64,000 nt of DNA from positions 68,262,001-68,326,000 of the forward strand of contig NC_043008.1 in NCBI RefSeq assembly GCF_006345805.1, in the 5' to 3' direction. Of the stretch, positions 39,228 to 54,480 are shown piece after piece; position 1 is the stretch's first letter; each line of letters starts with the position of its first letter. Under the pieces are notes generated by a model. It did no database searches. It saw nothing but the letters and a program-made list of their open reading frames with translations, and was not told the origin of the DNA. The translations under genes and the position numbers were made by a program. The stretch is from Octopus sinensis. Lineage: Eukaryota.

Positions 39228-40015
39228 TACATGATCTGATCAATAAGTATCCAGACTGTTGCCATAGTAATGAAGCTAAAGCACATGAGTAAAGCTGTTT
39301 GGCACAGATTGACCTTAAACTCTGCTGTGCATGCACACCAAGTGTTAATGTTCTAGCTCACTTCTGCTGTTTACAGCAGTGTATGGAAGGAATGTGTGTA
39401 GCATGTGATTGTTGCATGATAGAAAAAGTTTGAGCAGAGAATCTGCATGAAATTTTGCCAAAAGCTTGGCAATACTGGCTCAGGGGCTTATGCAAAGTTT
39501 TCAGAAAGTTTTCATTGTGCTTGACACAATCAAAGAGATTTTGTGCAACTGAAATCTAAGTGTTTTTTTTTTTGGGGTCAGCTGAAAGTAGTTTTGGCAC
39601 AAACTTGGCAGACATGATCTCATACCCAAATCTTCAGTGATAATGGACTGAACTGAACCATAACTAATTTGCACTTCCTCTGATAACTCACAGATGGTGA
39701 TTCGATGATTTCCCCTCACGGCTGTACACACATCTGCGATGTTTTCTCAGTTCTGCTGGTTGCAGGTCTCCCAGAATATTTGTCAATATCGACATATTTT
39801 TTGCCATCTCGGAAATGTCTGAATCACTCGTACACTTGTGTGTGGCTCATACACTCCTCTCCATACACTTTCTGCAACTTTGCACAGGCCTCTGAGCAGG
39901 TATCGTGATGACAACCTTCTCTGTCATAGTCAATGCGATGATCACACACTACACAGCTTTCTTCCAAGCAGTGCTGTAAACAGCAGAAGTGAGCTAGAAT
40001 GTTAACACTGCCCAC
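39228..40015 (-). mobile_element. Defective mariner derivative with two inverted 5' ends
   Basis: RITICELSEEVQISYGSVQSIITEDLGMR and KLQKVYGEECMSHTQVYE on minus; TTCTAGCTCACTTCTGCTGTTTACAGCA at 39351 is mirrored at 39972-39999. Confidence 0.75.
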
Positions 40016-40650
40016 TGATTCCTGTTCCCCCACAGACTCATCCTACATACATCATCATCATCATTTAGCGTCCGCTTTCCATGCTAGCATGGGTTGGACG
40101 GTTCAACTGGGGTCTGTGAATCCAGAAGGCTGCATCAGGCCCAGTCTGATCTGGCAGTGTTTCTACGGCTGGATGCCCTTCCTAACGCCAACCACTCCGT
40201 GAGTGTAGTGGGTGCTTTTTATGTGCCACCCGCACAGGTGCAAGACGGAGCTGGCAAACGGCCACAAAACACTTTTAATTTTTTCTTTTTTATTTCCTCC
40301 CAGTACTTTCCTAACAATAAGGTCTGATATATGCAAAATGTAATAGCATGATATTGATGCAAGTTTGAGGGAGTGCTTCTCCAATGCCTAAAACCACAAA
40401 TATTATGCAACTTTTCTTTTAGAATTTTTGCGTAAACTGTCATTGAAAAGGAAGATGGTACAGAAACATTTGTAACTTTGTAACTTATAATTAAAGATGT
40501 GTTAAAGAATTTTGTCTGTCTTCTTCTTTTCATTACATATATATGTGTGTATATGTGTGTATTTTTTTTTTTTCTTTCTTGCTTCAGTTCAGAGCTGCGG
40601 CCATGCTGATGCACCGCCGTTTCTTCCAAGAAAATATATATATTTATTTA

Positions 40651-40703
<53 letters not shown>

Positions 40704-40799
40704 ATAGAAATGGTAAGACAGCAACAGAATGAAAGAGACCGCGATATTATGTAAATAGAGGAATTTATCCGTAAATATGTGACAATTATTTGGTAGCCA

Positions 40800-40862
40800 T
40801 GATGAAATTCCAAGTTTCGGATGTCGGGGTGGAAATCCACGCCGCCATCTCTTCAGTTATCT
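40800..40862 (-). ncRNA. Hammerhead-like motif in a (TA)n-anchored insert (40700-40910)
   Basis: CUGAAGA (40850-56), long stem II GAUG.CGG...CCGACAUC, GAAAC (40814-18); partial inverted copy at 40892-40909. Confidence 0.6.
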
Positions 40863-41094
40863 GGCTATCGGAAAAAATGCTATGAAAATGACCCGACATC
40901 CGAAAATTGATGCCCTTCATAACGCTAGCCACTCTGAGAGTGTAGTGTGTGCTTTTACATGCCACTGGGACAGGAGCCAGTCAGGCAGTACTGGCATTGG
41001 TTACGTTTGAATGATACTTTTTACATACCACCAGCATATATATACATATGTGTATGTTATAATGTAAAAGTGGTAAAGTATATATATGCATGTA

Positions 41095-41135
<41 letters not shown>

Positions 41136-41596
41136 TCATCATCATCATTGTTTAACGTCCGTTTTCCATGCTAGCATGGGTTGGACGGTTCAACTAGGGT
41201 CTGGGAAGCCAGAAGGCTGCGCCAGGCCCAGTCTGATCTGGCAGTGTTTCTACAGCTGGATGCCCTTGCTAACGCCAACCACTCTGTGAGTGTAGTGGGT
41301 GCTTTTTATGTGCCACCTGCACAGGTGCCAGACGAGGCTGACAATGGCCACAATTGGATGGTGCTTTTTACGTGCCACCGGCACGGTGGCCAGTCGGGGC
41401 GGTGCTGGCAACAACCACGTTCGGATGGTTCTCTTATGTGCCACTGGCACTGGTATCACAGCTACAATTTCCATTGATGTTGATCGATTTCAATATCTCT
41501 TACATGATATAATATATATGATATATATTACAAGTATGTTGATGCAAACAGGAAAATAAGACTCAAAATATGAGTATATGTATATTTTTATGAATA

Positions 41597-41720
41597 TCTA
41601 GCAGAAGTAACAGAGTGACTCAAGGTCTGAGAGCTTGATGCTTTGGCACTTATCAAACTTTGATAAGTGTCAACACACAAAACTCTCAGACCGTGAGTCA
41701 CTTTGTTACTTCTGCTAAAT
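41597..41720. mobile_element. Fold-back palindrome of the U3-A8 hammerhead family, 1-nt loop at 41658
   Basis: ...CACTTATCAAA-C-TTTGATAAGTG...; both arms are homologous to 32166-32225. Confidence 0.8.
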
Positions 41721-41856
41721 ATTAACAAAAATATTATACAATATAAGGTGGTGCCGCAGCATGGCCGCGGTCAAATAACTGAAACAAGTAAAATAATATA
41801 CATATATATATATAAAACAAAGAGATGACAATGGAAGTTATGTGATGAATTTCATT

Positions 41857-41937
41857 AGCTTACAGCTGTTTCTGCAACAGGATGTGGTGGACTCCTAGCT
41901 GAGTACCAGGATAACATCCTATAGCTTCATCATAGCT
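41857..41937 (-). ncRNA. Minimal hammerhead-like motif with long stem II
   Basis: AGCU-AUGAUGA-...AGGAUG...CAUCCU...-GAAAC-AGCU-GUA-AGCU; C3 appears mutated to A; TA tract about 40 nt downstream. Confidence 0.65.
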
Positions 41938-42147
41938 TTGAATATGAGGTGCACTTTATTTAGGAAAGTTACATTTTCAGAACATATAGGCATTATGAGT
42001 GAGAAAGTTTATGTTGATGGCTATGGATAGTTCTATCCCTGGGTAGAAAAAAAGTATGTAAATATATACATGTGCTTAGAGCAGAATTAAAAAGGAGATA
42101 CATGGATAGATGTGAATGAGCGTGAGTGTAAACTGAAAGAAGTTTGT

Positions 42148-42178
<31 letters not shown>

Positions 42179-42179
42179 G

Positions 42180-42421
42180 TTTCTTTACTACCCACAAGGG
42201 GCTAAACACAGAGGGGACAAACAAGGACAGACAGACGGATTAAGTCGATTATATCGACCCCAGTGCGTAACTGGTACTTATTTAATCGACCCCGAAAGGA
42301 TGAAAGGCAAAGTCGACCTCGGCGGAATTTGAACTCAGAACGTAACGGCAGACGTAATACCGCTAAGCATTTCGCTGTCGTGCTAACGATTCTGCCAGCT
42401 CGCCGCCTTTATATATATATA

Positions 42422-42475
<54 letters not shown>

Positions 42476-43025
42476 AGTGAAGGCGCATGGCTCAGTGGTT
42501 AGACCGACGAACTTACGACCGTGAGGTTGTGAGTTTGAATCCTGGACCGGGCTGCGTATTGTGTTCTTGAGCAAGACACTTTATTTCACGTTGCTCCAGT
42601 TTACTCACTCAGCTGTAGAAAAGAGTTGCGACATCACTGGTGCCAAGCTGTATCGGCCTATGCCTTTCCCTTGGATAACATCGGTGGCGGGGAGAGGGGA
42701 GGCTGGTATGCATGGGCCACTACTGTTCTTCCATAAACAATCTTGCCTGGACTTGTGCCTCGGAGGGTAACTTTCTAGGTGCAATCCCATGGTCATTTGT
42801 GACCGAAGGGGGTCTCCGATGTATATGTGAGTGTGTGTTTTTGTGTTTGTCCCCCATTACCACTTGACAGCTGGTATTGATGTGTTTATGTCCCTGTAAT
42901 TTAGTGGTTCAGCAAAAGAGACTTAATAAGTACTTGGGTCAATTCATTTGACTAAAAATTCTTCAAGGCAGTGCCCCAGCATGGCCACAGTCTATTGACT
43001 GAAACAAGTAAAAGACAAAAGATAA
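42180..43025. mobile_element. Young SINE B (42180-42408, -), SINE D (42479-42815, +) and 3' half of SINE A (42830-43025, +)
   Basis: Matches to other copies in the window; the SINE B copy retains its CpGs. Confidence 0.85.
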
Positions 43026-43026
43026 A

Positions 43027-43081
<55 letters not shown>

Positions 43082-43105
43082 TATATATACACACATATAT
43101 ATATG

Positions 43106-43640
43106 TTAGTTAGTTAATTTTTTGGCTCAAAAAGCAAAAAGCAAGGACATGGAGTTATGTACAGGGTGGTGTTCATGTAAAGATTTCAGGCCATTTGTGG
43201 TCAAGGGTGACTTTGAACCGAGCGGTCGTCGGCATCTTCACTATCTCGTCCGGCAGCTTATTCCACGGATCCGCAACCCGGACGGAGAAAGCCCCTCTCC
43301 TTCAATTGAGATGAAATCGTTGCAGATAGAGCTTTGCGGAGTGACCCTGCAGCCGACGCTCTGGAGCAGGAGTGAAGAACAGCTCTTTCGAGAGGTTACA
43401 CTTTTCGCTTATGATGTTGTGAGCAAAAATGAGATCACCATGGCGGCAGCGTTTTTCTAGAGAATAAAGGTCAAGCGTCTTCAGCTTTTCTTCATAAGAC
43501 AAATGCTTGAGACCAAGAACCATGTGGGTAGCCAGCTTCTGGACTCTTTCGAGACGCTGTATGTCTTTGAGGAGATAAGGAGAAGAGGCTTGAATCCCAT
43601 ACTCCAATATGGGTCTCACCAGCGTGACATAGAGTGGTAG
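43106..43640 (-). mobile_element. CR1-like LINE 3' fragment with (TAAC)n tail
   Basis: LYVTLVRPILEYGIQASSPYLLKDIQRLERVQKLAT...LSYEEKLKTLDLYSLEKR...WNKLP. Confidence 0.88.
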
Positions 43641-43642
43641 AT

Positions 43643-45876
<2,234 letters not shown>

Positions 45877-45877
45877 A

Positions 45878-45916
<39 letters not shown>

Positions 45917-46042
45917 ATATAATATATATATATTCGTCTTTTGTCTATTTTCATAATGCTTCCCGTTATATATATATATATATATATTATATAATATATA
46001 TATATATACATAAATATATATATATACACATATATATATATA

Positions 46043-46073
<31 letters not shown>

Positions 46074-46255
46074 CATACACACATATATATATATATACAT
46101 ACACACATATATATATACATATATATATAATATATATATATATAATATATATATACATATATATATATATATACACACATATATATATACATATATATAT
46201 ACACACATATATATATATACATATATATATATATACACACATATATATATATAAT

Positions 46256-46286
<31 letters not shown>

Positions 46287-46287
46287 A
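45877..46287. repeat. (TA)n tract with a 35-bp Penelope terminus at 45933-45967
   Basis: TTCGTCTTTTGTCTATTTTCATAATGCTTCCCGTT approximates the reverse complement of 20994-21027. Confidence 0.85.
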
Positions 46288-46322
46288 ATTGATCAAAATA
46301 AAAACATGATGCCAAGGATTCA

Positions 46323-46400
46323 GCGGTACATATGTTTCGGGCCTTTATTAGACAGATTTATAACAATGCATAATGTATGTCTGTGGCCTTCTTCAGCTGC
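46323..46400 (-). ncRNA. Minimal type I hammerhead motif with intact core
   Basis: GCAG-CUGAAGA-AGGCC...GGCCC-GAAAC-AUAU-GUA-CCGC; palindromic stem III ACAUAUGU. Confidence 0.75.
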
Positions 46401-46469
46401 GCACAACAACTTCCACAAGGACATGTGTTACATCAAAAATTCTTGGTTGGGGATGCAAATCCTCTCATT

Positions 46470-47213
46470 CTTTGTTCACTCACTACATTCATTCTACTCC
46501 CATCCAACTGTCACTCTCCCTCACACTCTTACAAAACTACCTTCTTCCCTTCATCCTCTCTCTCAATATCCTCCCTTATACTCACCTTCTTGTACCCTGA
46601 CAGTTTGCTCTAGCTCCCTATCACTACCACCTTGTCTTTTTCCTAGCTACTCCTACCCACCCTTATAAAATGCAGAGTAGTTATGTATCTCCCCTCTAGC
46701 CAGACATCTGTGCTTCTCCCTCTATCATACTTTAGCCTCTCAACACCTGACATAAACGACCTCACCCTCTCTCAAATACTCAAATACCCTGATGAAGACA
46801 AAAGGACCTTTGTTTTCTTTTTCCTTTTTCTGTTCTTTTCTTTGTTTTGCAAGTTATTTGATGGCCTCACTAATGGTAGTGACATAAGAAAAGCAACCAG
46901 TACACACTGAAAAGTGGTTGGTGTTAAGAAGAGCATCCATCTGTAGAAACTAAACCATAGCTAACATCGGAGCTTGACACAGTTCTGCAAGTTGTCAGCT
47001 CCAGTCAAACCATCCAACCAATGTCAGCATGGAAAATAGATCCTAAATGATGATGATGACAACAATGATGATAATATACAGGGTATCCCAAGGAAAGTTA
47101 TACATACTTTTAACAGCTGATAACTCAACTTTTATTACTTTTTAGATTTAACTCATTAGAAACAATGGAACCAGGCTAAGCTTTAGCAAAAACAATTTGC
47201 TCTAAAGGGCTTC
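46470..47213. repeat. About 740-bp direct duplicate of 48979-49713
   Basis: Colinear RTE 3'UTR, (GAT)n tail and start of a DNA transposon, with scattered substitutions and small indels. Confidence 0.92.
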
Positions 47214-47214
47214 A

Positions 47215-47296
<82 letters not shown>

Positions 47297-48184
47297 CAGA
47301 GAGACACAGATATGTATGTAAGCATCTATGTAATGTGTATGTACATACACACATGCACGCGCGTGCACATACACTTACTGGGCTAAAGCAGAGAAATGAT
47401 AACCACATGGGCACAAATTCAAACCTTACAGTTATATTGCATTGTTATGTGTCCTTCAGGGAGTTACATCACAATGCCAGTTGCAGTTTGCCTGGCTGAA
47501 TAGAAAACAGGCTAGAGTCCTACTTCATGGTTGAGTGATTAGTAGTAGGGAGCACTCCATTCAGTTGTAAAAAAACATTGGCCTCAATCATCCTACCTAT
47601 GCATGCATATAAATCGCAAAGAAATAAAAAAGTACAATATTTTATCAGTTATATTACAATTATTGTCTGTCTTACACCATACCTCAAATAGCTAGCTATT
47701 TCTTTTATTATATACATAATAAAATATGTTACATTACTTATGGCTGAAAGCTCCTTATTAATATGAATTATTTATTTTATGTAATATTGACTTCAGAAGA
47801 TAGAGCATTTTGTAATATTTAAAATTTTTTTTTTCAATTGTTATAGAGATTAGAGATATTTAATTTTATTTTGGAGTATATATTTGTAAATTAAGTTGTC
47901 TTTTTCTTTTTCTTTTTTCAGATATTACCAAAAGCAGTTTATGAGTAAAACTATAAAAATAAAAATTACAGATCCATTTGTTCTGGATTTGCACTAGGAT
48001 CAAATCTAGAACTTTATGATTGCAAAGAGAATCTTTAAAGTCTGTATCCATACAACCTTAAATATATATGTATATATATATATTTATACATATACAAGTA
48101 TATATGGAAGGCTGACTTTAAACGCTGATGATGATGATACACACACACACACACAAGCAGATAAGTGCAAAACAAGCTGAAAAG

Positions 48185-48365
48185 GATAGTACTCAAATAC
48201 CAATGGTAGAGGTATATGCTTTTATTAAAGCTGCGAAGTTATCACAAAACTGTTGTTACTCAGAGTTTCATATTCTTGTTCATCAGACAGTTATTTTCAT
48301 TACAACTCTCTAACGAATGGGAATGTGAAACAGTTTTGTGATAACTTTGTAGCTTTAATAAAAGT
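48185..48365. mobile_element. Fold-back insert with hammerhead motifs on both arms
   Basis: Minus 48290-48252: CUGU-CUGAUGA-..-GAAACUC-U-GAGUA-ACA. Plus 48310-48331: CUAACGA-AUG-GGAA-UGU-GAAAC. Confidence 0.75.
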
Positions 48366-48780
48366 GTGGTGTGGGGAGTCAAACCTAGTGAAGGCCCTTT
48401 GTTTGGAAGCAGAATTTCGCTCCTTGCCATATCTCTGGAACGATCAGATGTGGTTGTTAGGGAATTTCTACAATTTCACCTAATTCTCCCAATTGTAATC
48501 CTATGGATTACATCTGCTTTGCCTGCAACACCAAGGCTGAACTGGTGACCAAAATCAAAGAGTTGTTCAAAGATCATCCCAAGGACATAGTGAGGTTCTG
48601 GTGCCAAGGACATGTGCCAAGTTCTGGAGCCACCTTGATCTGTGGTGGAAGCTGAGATCAGTTACTTTGAGTAAACTGTTATCTTCACGCCATAATCTAG
48701 CTGCTGTTTTTTTTTATTTTATAAAATACTTCAATTTTCTAATGGAATATTGTGTTTTCTTTTTCTTTTAATCAAACTGT
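48366..48780 (+). mobile_element. Tc1/mariner-superfamily (DD37D-like) transposase C-terminal relic
   Basis: Across frames RPFVWKQNFAPCH, PNSPNCNPMDY, TKAELVTKIKELF, VVEAEISYFE-stop. Confidence 0.6.
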
Positions 48781-49579
48781 CAAATTTATTCTGAACACTC
48801 TCTGTATATGCATATGTATTTATTGATATAGATATAGATATGTATATACATACATACATCTATATATAAATATGTGCATTTGTGTATGTATTTGATCTAT
48901 CTTTCTTCTTGAGCCACTCCTGTCTCTCCCACCTTGCCTCTCCCCACATTATTTCCCACCCATCAACTGCATCTCCACCTTTGTTCACTCACTACATTCA
49001 TTCTGCTCCCATCCAACTGTCACTCTCCCTCACACTCTTACAAAACTACCTTCTTCCCTTCATCCTCTCTCTCAATATCCTCCCTTATACTCACCTTCTT
49101 GTACCCTGACAGTTTGCTCTAGCTCCCTATCACTACCACCTTGTCTTTTTCCTAGCTACTCCTACCCACCCTTATAAAATGCAGAGTAGTTATGTATCTC
49201 CCCTCTAGCCAGACATCTGTGCTTCTCCATCTATCATACTTTAGCCTCTCAACACCTGACATAAACGACCTCACCCTCTCTCAAATACCCTGATGAAGAC
49301 AAAGGGGCCTTTGTTTTCTTTTTCCTTTTTCTGCTCTTTTCTTTGTTTTGCAAGTTATTTTTTTGCCTCACTAATGCTAGTGACATAAGAAAAGCAACCA
49401 GTACACACTGAAAAGTGGTTGGTGTTAAGAAGAGCATCCATCTGTAGAAACTAAACCATAGCTAACATCGGAGCTTGACACAGTTCTGCAAGTTGTCAGC
49501 TCCAGTCAAACCATCCAACCCATGTCAGCATGGAAAATAGATCCTAAATGATGATGATGACAACGATGACAACAATATG

Positions 49580-50420
49580 CAGGGTATCCCAAGAAAAGTT
49601 ATACATACTTTAACAGCTGACAGCTCAACTTTTATTACTTTTTAGATTTAACCCATTAGAAACAATGGAACCAGGCTAAGCTTTAGCCAAATAAATTTGC
49701 TCTAAAGAGCTTCTTGAATTTCGGAAAAACAGTCAAAGTGCAAAGACAGTTTCCAAGGGAATTTCAAACTGACCCACCTATGCTGCTTACCATCACTTGA
49801 ACTAAAGATAAGTTTGAAGCAGATGGAATTGTTCAGAATGTTCTCAAGGAACATTCTGAAAGACCACAGACGTTAATGAGTTTCTCAAAGCAATAGATGA
49901 TGCTAGAAATGTATTGCCAGAGTTTAGGAAAATCTGTGTGGCAAGTGGATCTTGAGATAGGAATTTTAGAGTCAAGCTTCCATTACATTTTGAAGTACTC
50001 TTCATAGTTCATGCTGTCGATGAACATGATCTGGACCAAAGAGTAGAATTTTGCAAGTGGTACATGGTTAGATGTGTAGAAGATACACAGCTTTCAATGA
50101 AGATTTTTTGGGAGTGATGAGGCTACATTGAAATCAAATGGCTCAATTAACTACCACTGTTGCACCTACTAGGGACCAGCGAAAATGCATATCACAGAGG
50201 AACACCATGTTAATTTACCAGAATTTGTATAAAGCAAGATTGTACATAAATACAAAACAAAATGTTTCCTGCTGTTTGCAATTCCATTGCTTTGCATTAT
50301 AAGCAATGCTTGTACCAGAACAGTCACCAGTTTGAGAATAGGTGTTCATTAAAAAAATTGAATTTTGTCTGTAGATTCTACTGAATTTTGAAAATGAAAT
50401 GTATTTTAATATTCACTGAC
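49580..50420 (+). mobile_element. Degenerate Tc1/mariner-superfamily element with DUF4817-like N-terminus
   Basis: CAGGGTATCCC terminus; VQRQFPREFQTDPP, DKFEADGIV, RVEFCKWY, SDEATL. Confidence 0.65.
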
Positions 50421-50521
50421 TTTTTAATTATTCAATATATGTATGTATATATATAAATATATGCATATATATGAATATACATATTCACAGGAATGTGTGT
50501 GTGTGAATACACACAAATATG

Positions 50522-51435
50522 TCGTCAACATCATTTAACATCCACCTCCCATGCTGGCAAGGTTTGGACAGTTGGACAAGGAGAGCTGGCAGGCTAGGAG
50601 CTGTCCAGGCTCCAGCTGCCTGTTTTGGCATGGTTTCTATGCTTGGATGCCTTTCCTAATGCCAACCACTTAATAGAGTGTGCTGGTTGTTTTTTCATGC
50701 CACAGGTATGGATGCATCTGTGCTTCACCAGCACAGGTGTGTTTATGCATCACCAGCACAGGTGCTTTTCATGTGGCACTGGCACCTGAGAGAACAAGCC
50801 TGTATGTGTGGAAGACTGAGTTTACTTAGCCTGACACGTCTTATCAAATACAACAAATTGCCACATCTGGTCCCTTACCATTTCCTCAGTGAGGCCCAGT
50901 GTCTGAAAATCCTTTCTCACCACTTCATTCACAATTAGAACTCGGCACTTCTTTATGCAATTGTCCTCATCCTGCACATCACATGACCAAACAAGTGGAG
51001 TCTTCTTTCTTGCACACAATATCTGATGCTTATTATACCCTCATTCACACCGTCATGCATGCACACTGACATTATCCATCAAAGAGGGTATGCTAGCTTC
51101 ATTTCTTTCAAGCCTTCACAAATCCTCTATAGTCAAAGCCCATGTTTCACTGCCACATATCATAGTTGTATGTACACAGGCATCATACAATCTGCCTTTC
51201 ACTCTGAGGGAGTGGCTCTTAGTTACCAACAAAGGTAGAAGCACTCTGAACTTTGCCCAGCTCATTCTTATTCTAGCAACTACACTTTCAGAACTTCCTC
51301 TACCACTACTAACTTGGTCTCCTGGGCAACAGAAACTACCTACTACTTCTCATTATCTCACTGAGCATTTGAAGTAGCCTATTGTCTGTGCATTTTTAGT
51401 GCTTACAGTACCTGCACATTTGCTACATACAAAGA
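50522..51435 (-). mobile_element. RTE LINE 3' part
   Basis: Colinear with 8340-9420. Confidence 0.8.
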
Positions 51436-51500
51436 CTATATGAGTGTGTGTGATGTGTGTGTGTGTGTGGTGTGTGTGTGTGTGTGTGTGTGTGTGTATC

Positions 51501-51903
51501 AGGTGTATCTGTGTAGTAAGAAGCTTGCTCCCCAACCATATGGTACCAGGTTCAGACCCACTGCATGGCAATTTGGGCAAGTGTCTTCTACTATAGTCTT
51601 GGGGTGGCCAAAGCCTTATGAGTGGATTTGGTAAACAGAAACTGAATGAAGCCCATCGTGTATATATGTATATACATGTGTATGTGTCTTTGTGTCTGTG
51701 TTTGTCTCCCTATCACCGCTTAACAACCAGTGTTGGTGTGTTTATGTCTCCATAACTTAGCAGTTCAGCAAAAGAGACTGACAGAATAAGTACTAGGCTT
51801 AAAAAATAAGTCCTGTTGTTGATTTACTCAACTAAAACCCTTCAAAATGGTACTCCAGCATGGGCACAGTCAAATGACTGAAACAAGTAAAAGAATAAAA
51901 GAA
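51501..51903 (+). mobile_element. SINE family A
   Basis: Full head, TA/TG tract and CAGTCAAATGACTGAAACAAGTAAAAG tail. Confidence 0.85.
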
Positions 51904-51907
51904 TATA

Positions 51908-52325
51908 TACATTATTTATATTTGACAGATATTTGTCCTCATCTTGTTTGTTGTTAACATAACGTTTTGGCTGATATACCCTCCAGCCTTCATCAGGTGT
52001 CTTGGGGAAATTTCAAACCTGGATTCTCATTCCTAAGGTATTTTTCGATGGTATTATTATTATTATTATTCAGGTCACTGCCTGGAATCCATGGGCATAT
52101 GGCATAGTTCGATTCAAAGCAATGACCTGAAAAATAATAATAAAAATAATAACATCGAAAAATACCTTAGGAATGAGAATCCAGGTTTTAAATTTCCCCA
52201 AAACATTTGATGAAGGCTGGAGGGTATATCAGCCAAAACATGTTAACAACAAACAAGATGAGGACAAATACCTGTCAGATGTAAATAATGTACATAATTC
52301 CTCATCTCTTAAATATAGAACTATA
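51908..52325. mobile_element. Fold-back insert (arms about 51908-52090 and 52110-52292) with two hammerhead motifs
   Basis: Minus 52001-51956: GACAC-CUGAUGA-A-GGCUG-loop-CAGCC-AAAAC-GUU-AUGUU, mirrored at 52202-52244; G12 is A in both arms. Confidence 0.8.
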
Positions 52326-52335
52326 TTAAAAGAAC

Positions 52336-52394
<59 letters not shown>

Positions 52395-52395
52395 C

Positions 52396-54480
52396 CAGTG
52401 GCGTGTGGTGACTTCTGTGGTTGGTCATGCAATAAATACTTATTGGTTGAGTCAAATCATTTAAAAATTATTTAACTAAGAGAACACGTTACATAATATG
52501 GCCAAGGTTCTAGACCGTTATGCTGTCAAAGACAAATCAACTGCTTTATCAGGCTCCTCACCAATTTCAAGAAAATAATTGATACTCACTGGAGCAGCGT
52601 GTTCTGATACTTATTGAACTCCATACATTATAATACTGTCTTACATACACGCATCTACATAAACACACAATGAAAGACAGTGAAAATTCAACATTGTACA
52701 AAAATTCAACATTGTAAAAAGCCCTAAAAACCTAAACAAAAGCCTAGTGTCTCTTTTCATTTGTTGGGAGCAGCAAAGATGTGAAATATCGCAACATGCA
52801 AGGAGAAAACAAAGAAATGTAAATTACACTAACCTAATAATGAAAGAAAATTTGAAAGAATGTAAAAGAAAATTATTTATACAAAATGATTCATGCATAA
52901 ACACACACATACACACACATCTTTCAATGTGTGTGTGTGTTTATATTTATGTGTGTATGTTTCAATGCATGTGTATGCGCACGTGATTGTCTTTCAATGT
53001 ACTAAGTTCAGTAAGAATCAGAGCAGGCTGCTAGAGTGAGTGTCAATTATTTTCTTGAAATTGGTAAGCAGCCTGATTAAGCAGCTGATTTGTATTTGAC
53101 AACAACTTCATGGTCTAAAATGAAAGAATGCCTTTTAATACATTTAGATTTTTTTTTTTTTTAATGTTCGAAAATGTTATTTATCTTTCTGGACAAATAT
53201 ATTTATCACATTTTCATAGAAATCTTCTCTTTCCATTAATTGTTGTAATAAAATCTTTTTCAATTGACATTAGTGCTAACCCAGTCTGTTGCATTTCTTT
53301 GGGATGTTTTGATTCTAGTCAATGCAGAAAAGGATCACTCTTCAGAAACAGTTGTAGATGGAATTGTTAAAATCAAGTGGCAAAGATTGAAGAATTCTGG
53401 CATAGCTTCAACAAGATCACTGATATAAATGTAACTCATTAAATGACTTACACTTTGCCTTTTAAAATCTTTTATTGATCACATTTAATTGAACCCATTT
53501 AATTGTTCTGCCATCGTAGTGGCACCATCATAGATTTGTGCAATTAATTTGTTTCCACATTTCCACATTTCAATGCATTTAAAAACATGTTCAGGTAAAG
53601 CATTTGCTGATTGATCTGCACTAACATCATTAAAACCAATAAATCATTCTTTTGTAACATAATCTTCTGTGACATAATGTAAAACAGTTGACAGTTGTGA
53701 ATACGCCAATACATCAGACGTTTCATCAACAAGAGTAGCAACGAATTTAGCCTGATTAAGTTCATTTTGTATTTCTTTCAACATAACCTTTTGAATTACA
53801 TCGATCAAGTCATTTTGAATTCTGTTTGAGAGACTGGAGAAGATAGAAGCAGTATCTAGATGGCTTGCCAATTTTTAGTCATATCTACTGATTAAATATA
53901 AAAGTTCTTTATAATTTCCACAATTATTAGATTCTTCAGATTCAAAATGACCTCGAAATGATAATTCCAGATGACCTAAAAAAATAAATACATCGATCAA
54001 TTGTTGCAAAATGGATCTATTTTGTCTAACTTCCTCATTATGATGTTGTATGCTCTGTTTTTTTTTTACACACATCTAATTGTAAGTCTATGTGAACATT
54101 CTTGAATGTTTTAAGATCTATCAAGGATCTTATATTCTTTGAGAATATTCATGTTTTAGCATAGCCATATTTAGATATTCAAAGCATCATAACTTTTAGC
54201 ATTCTAAACAGTTTTTTCTAAACAAAACAACATGCATGGCCAGCAGAATAACTTATTAAGCGTAGCACTACCAGTTAACCATTTTTTCTTTTCATACAAA
54301 TTAACCTGAAATTGTCTCATGAATTTCTTGTTGTAGCTTTGCAAATCAGGTAATTTCAGTATTGGTCAATCATCATTTAAAATTAATTGTTTCCCTGCAG
54401 TCTTTTTTTGAAAAACTGTTTTTCATAATTTCTTCTGTAACACACATTTCAGCCATTTGGATAAATATTTCGAAAATCCT
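52396..54480 (-). mobile_element. Degenerate hAT transposon (TTF zinc finger and DUF4371, ZMYM1-like)
   Basis: ELSFRGHFESEESNNCGNYKELL, SNRIQNDLID, LVDETSDV, QIYDGA; CAGTGGCG terminus at 52396. Confidence 0.85.

Noticed and set aside
46789-46830. Isolated CTGATGA or CTGAAGA matches (also near 2027, 10760, 12733, 13529, 33720, 49290 and 61483)
   Set aside because: No stem II followed by GAAA and a matching stem I; expected chance 7-mers.
53544-54075. Host ZMYM1-like gene
   Set aside because: Multiple stops and frameshifts, no introns and a hAT-type terminus: a transposon relic.
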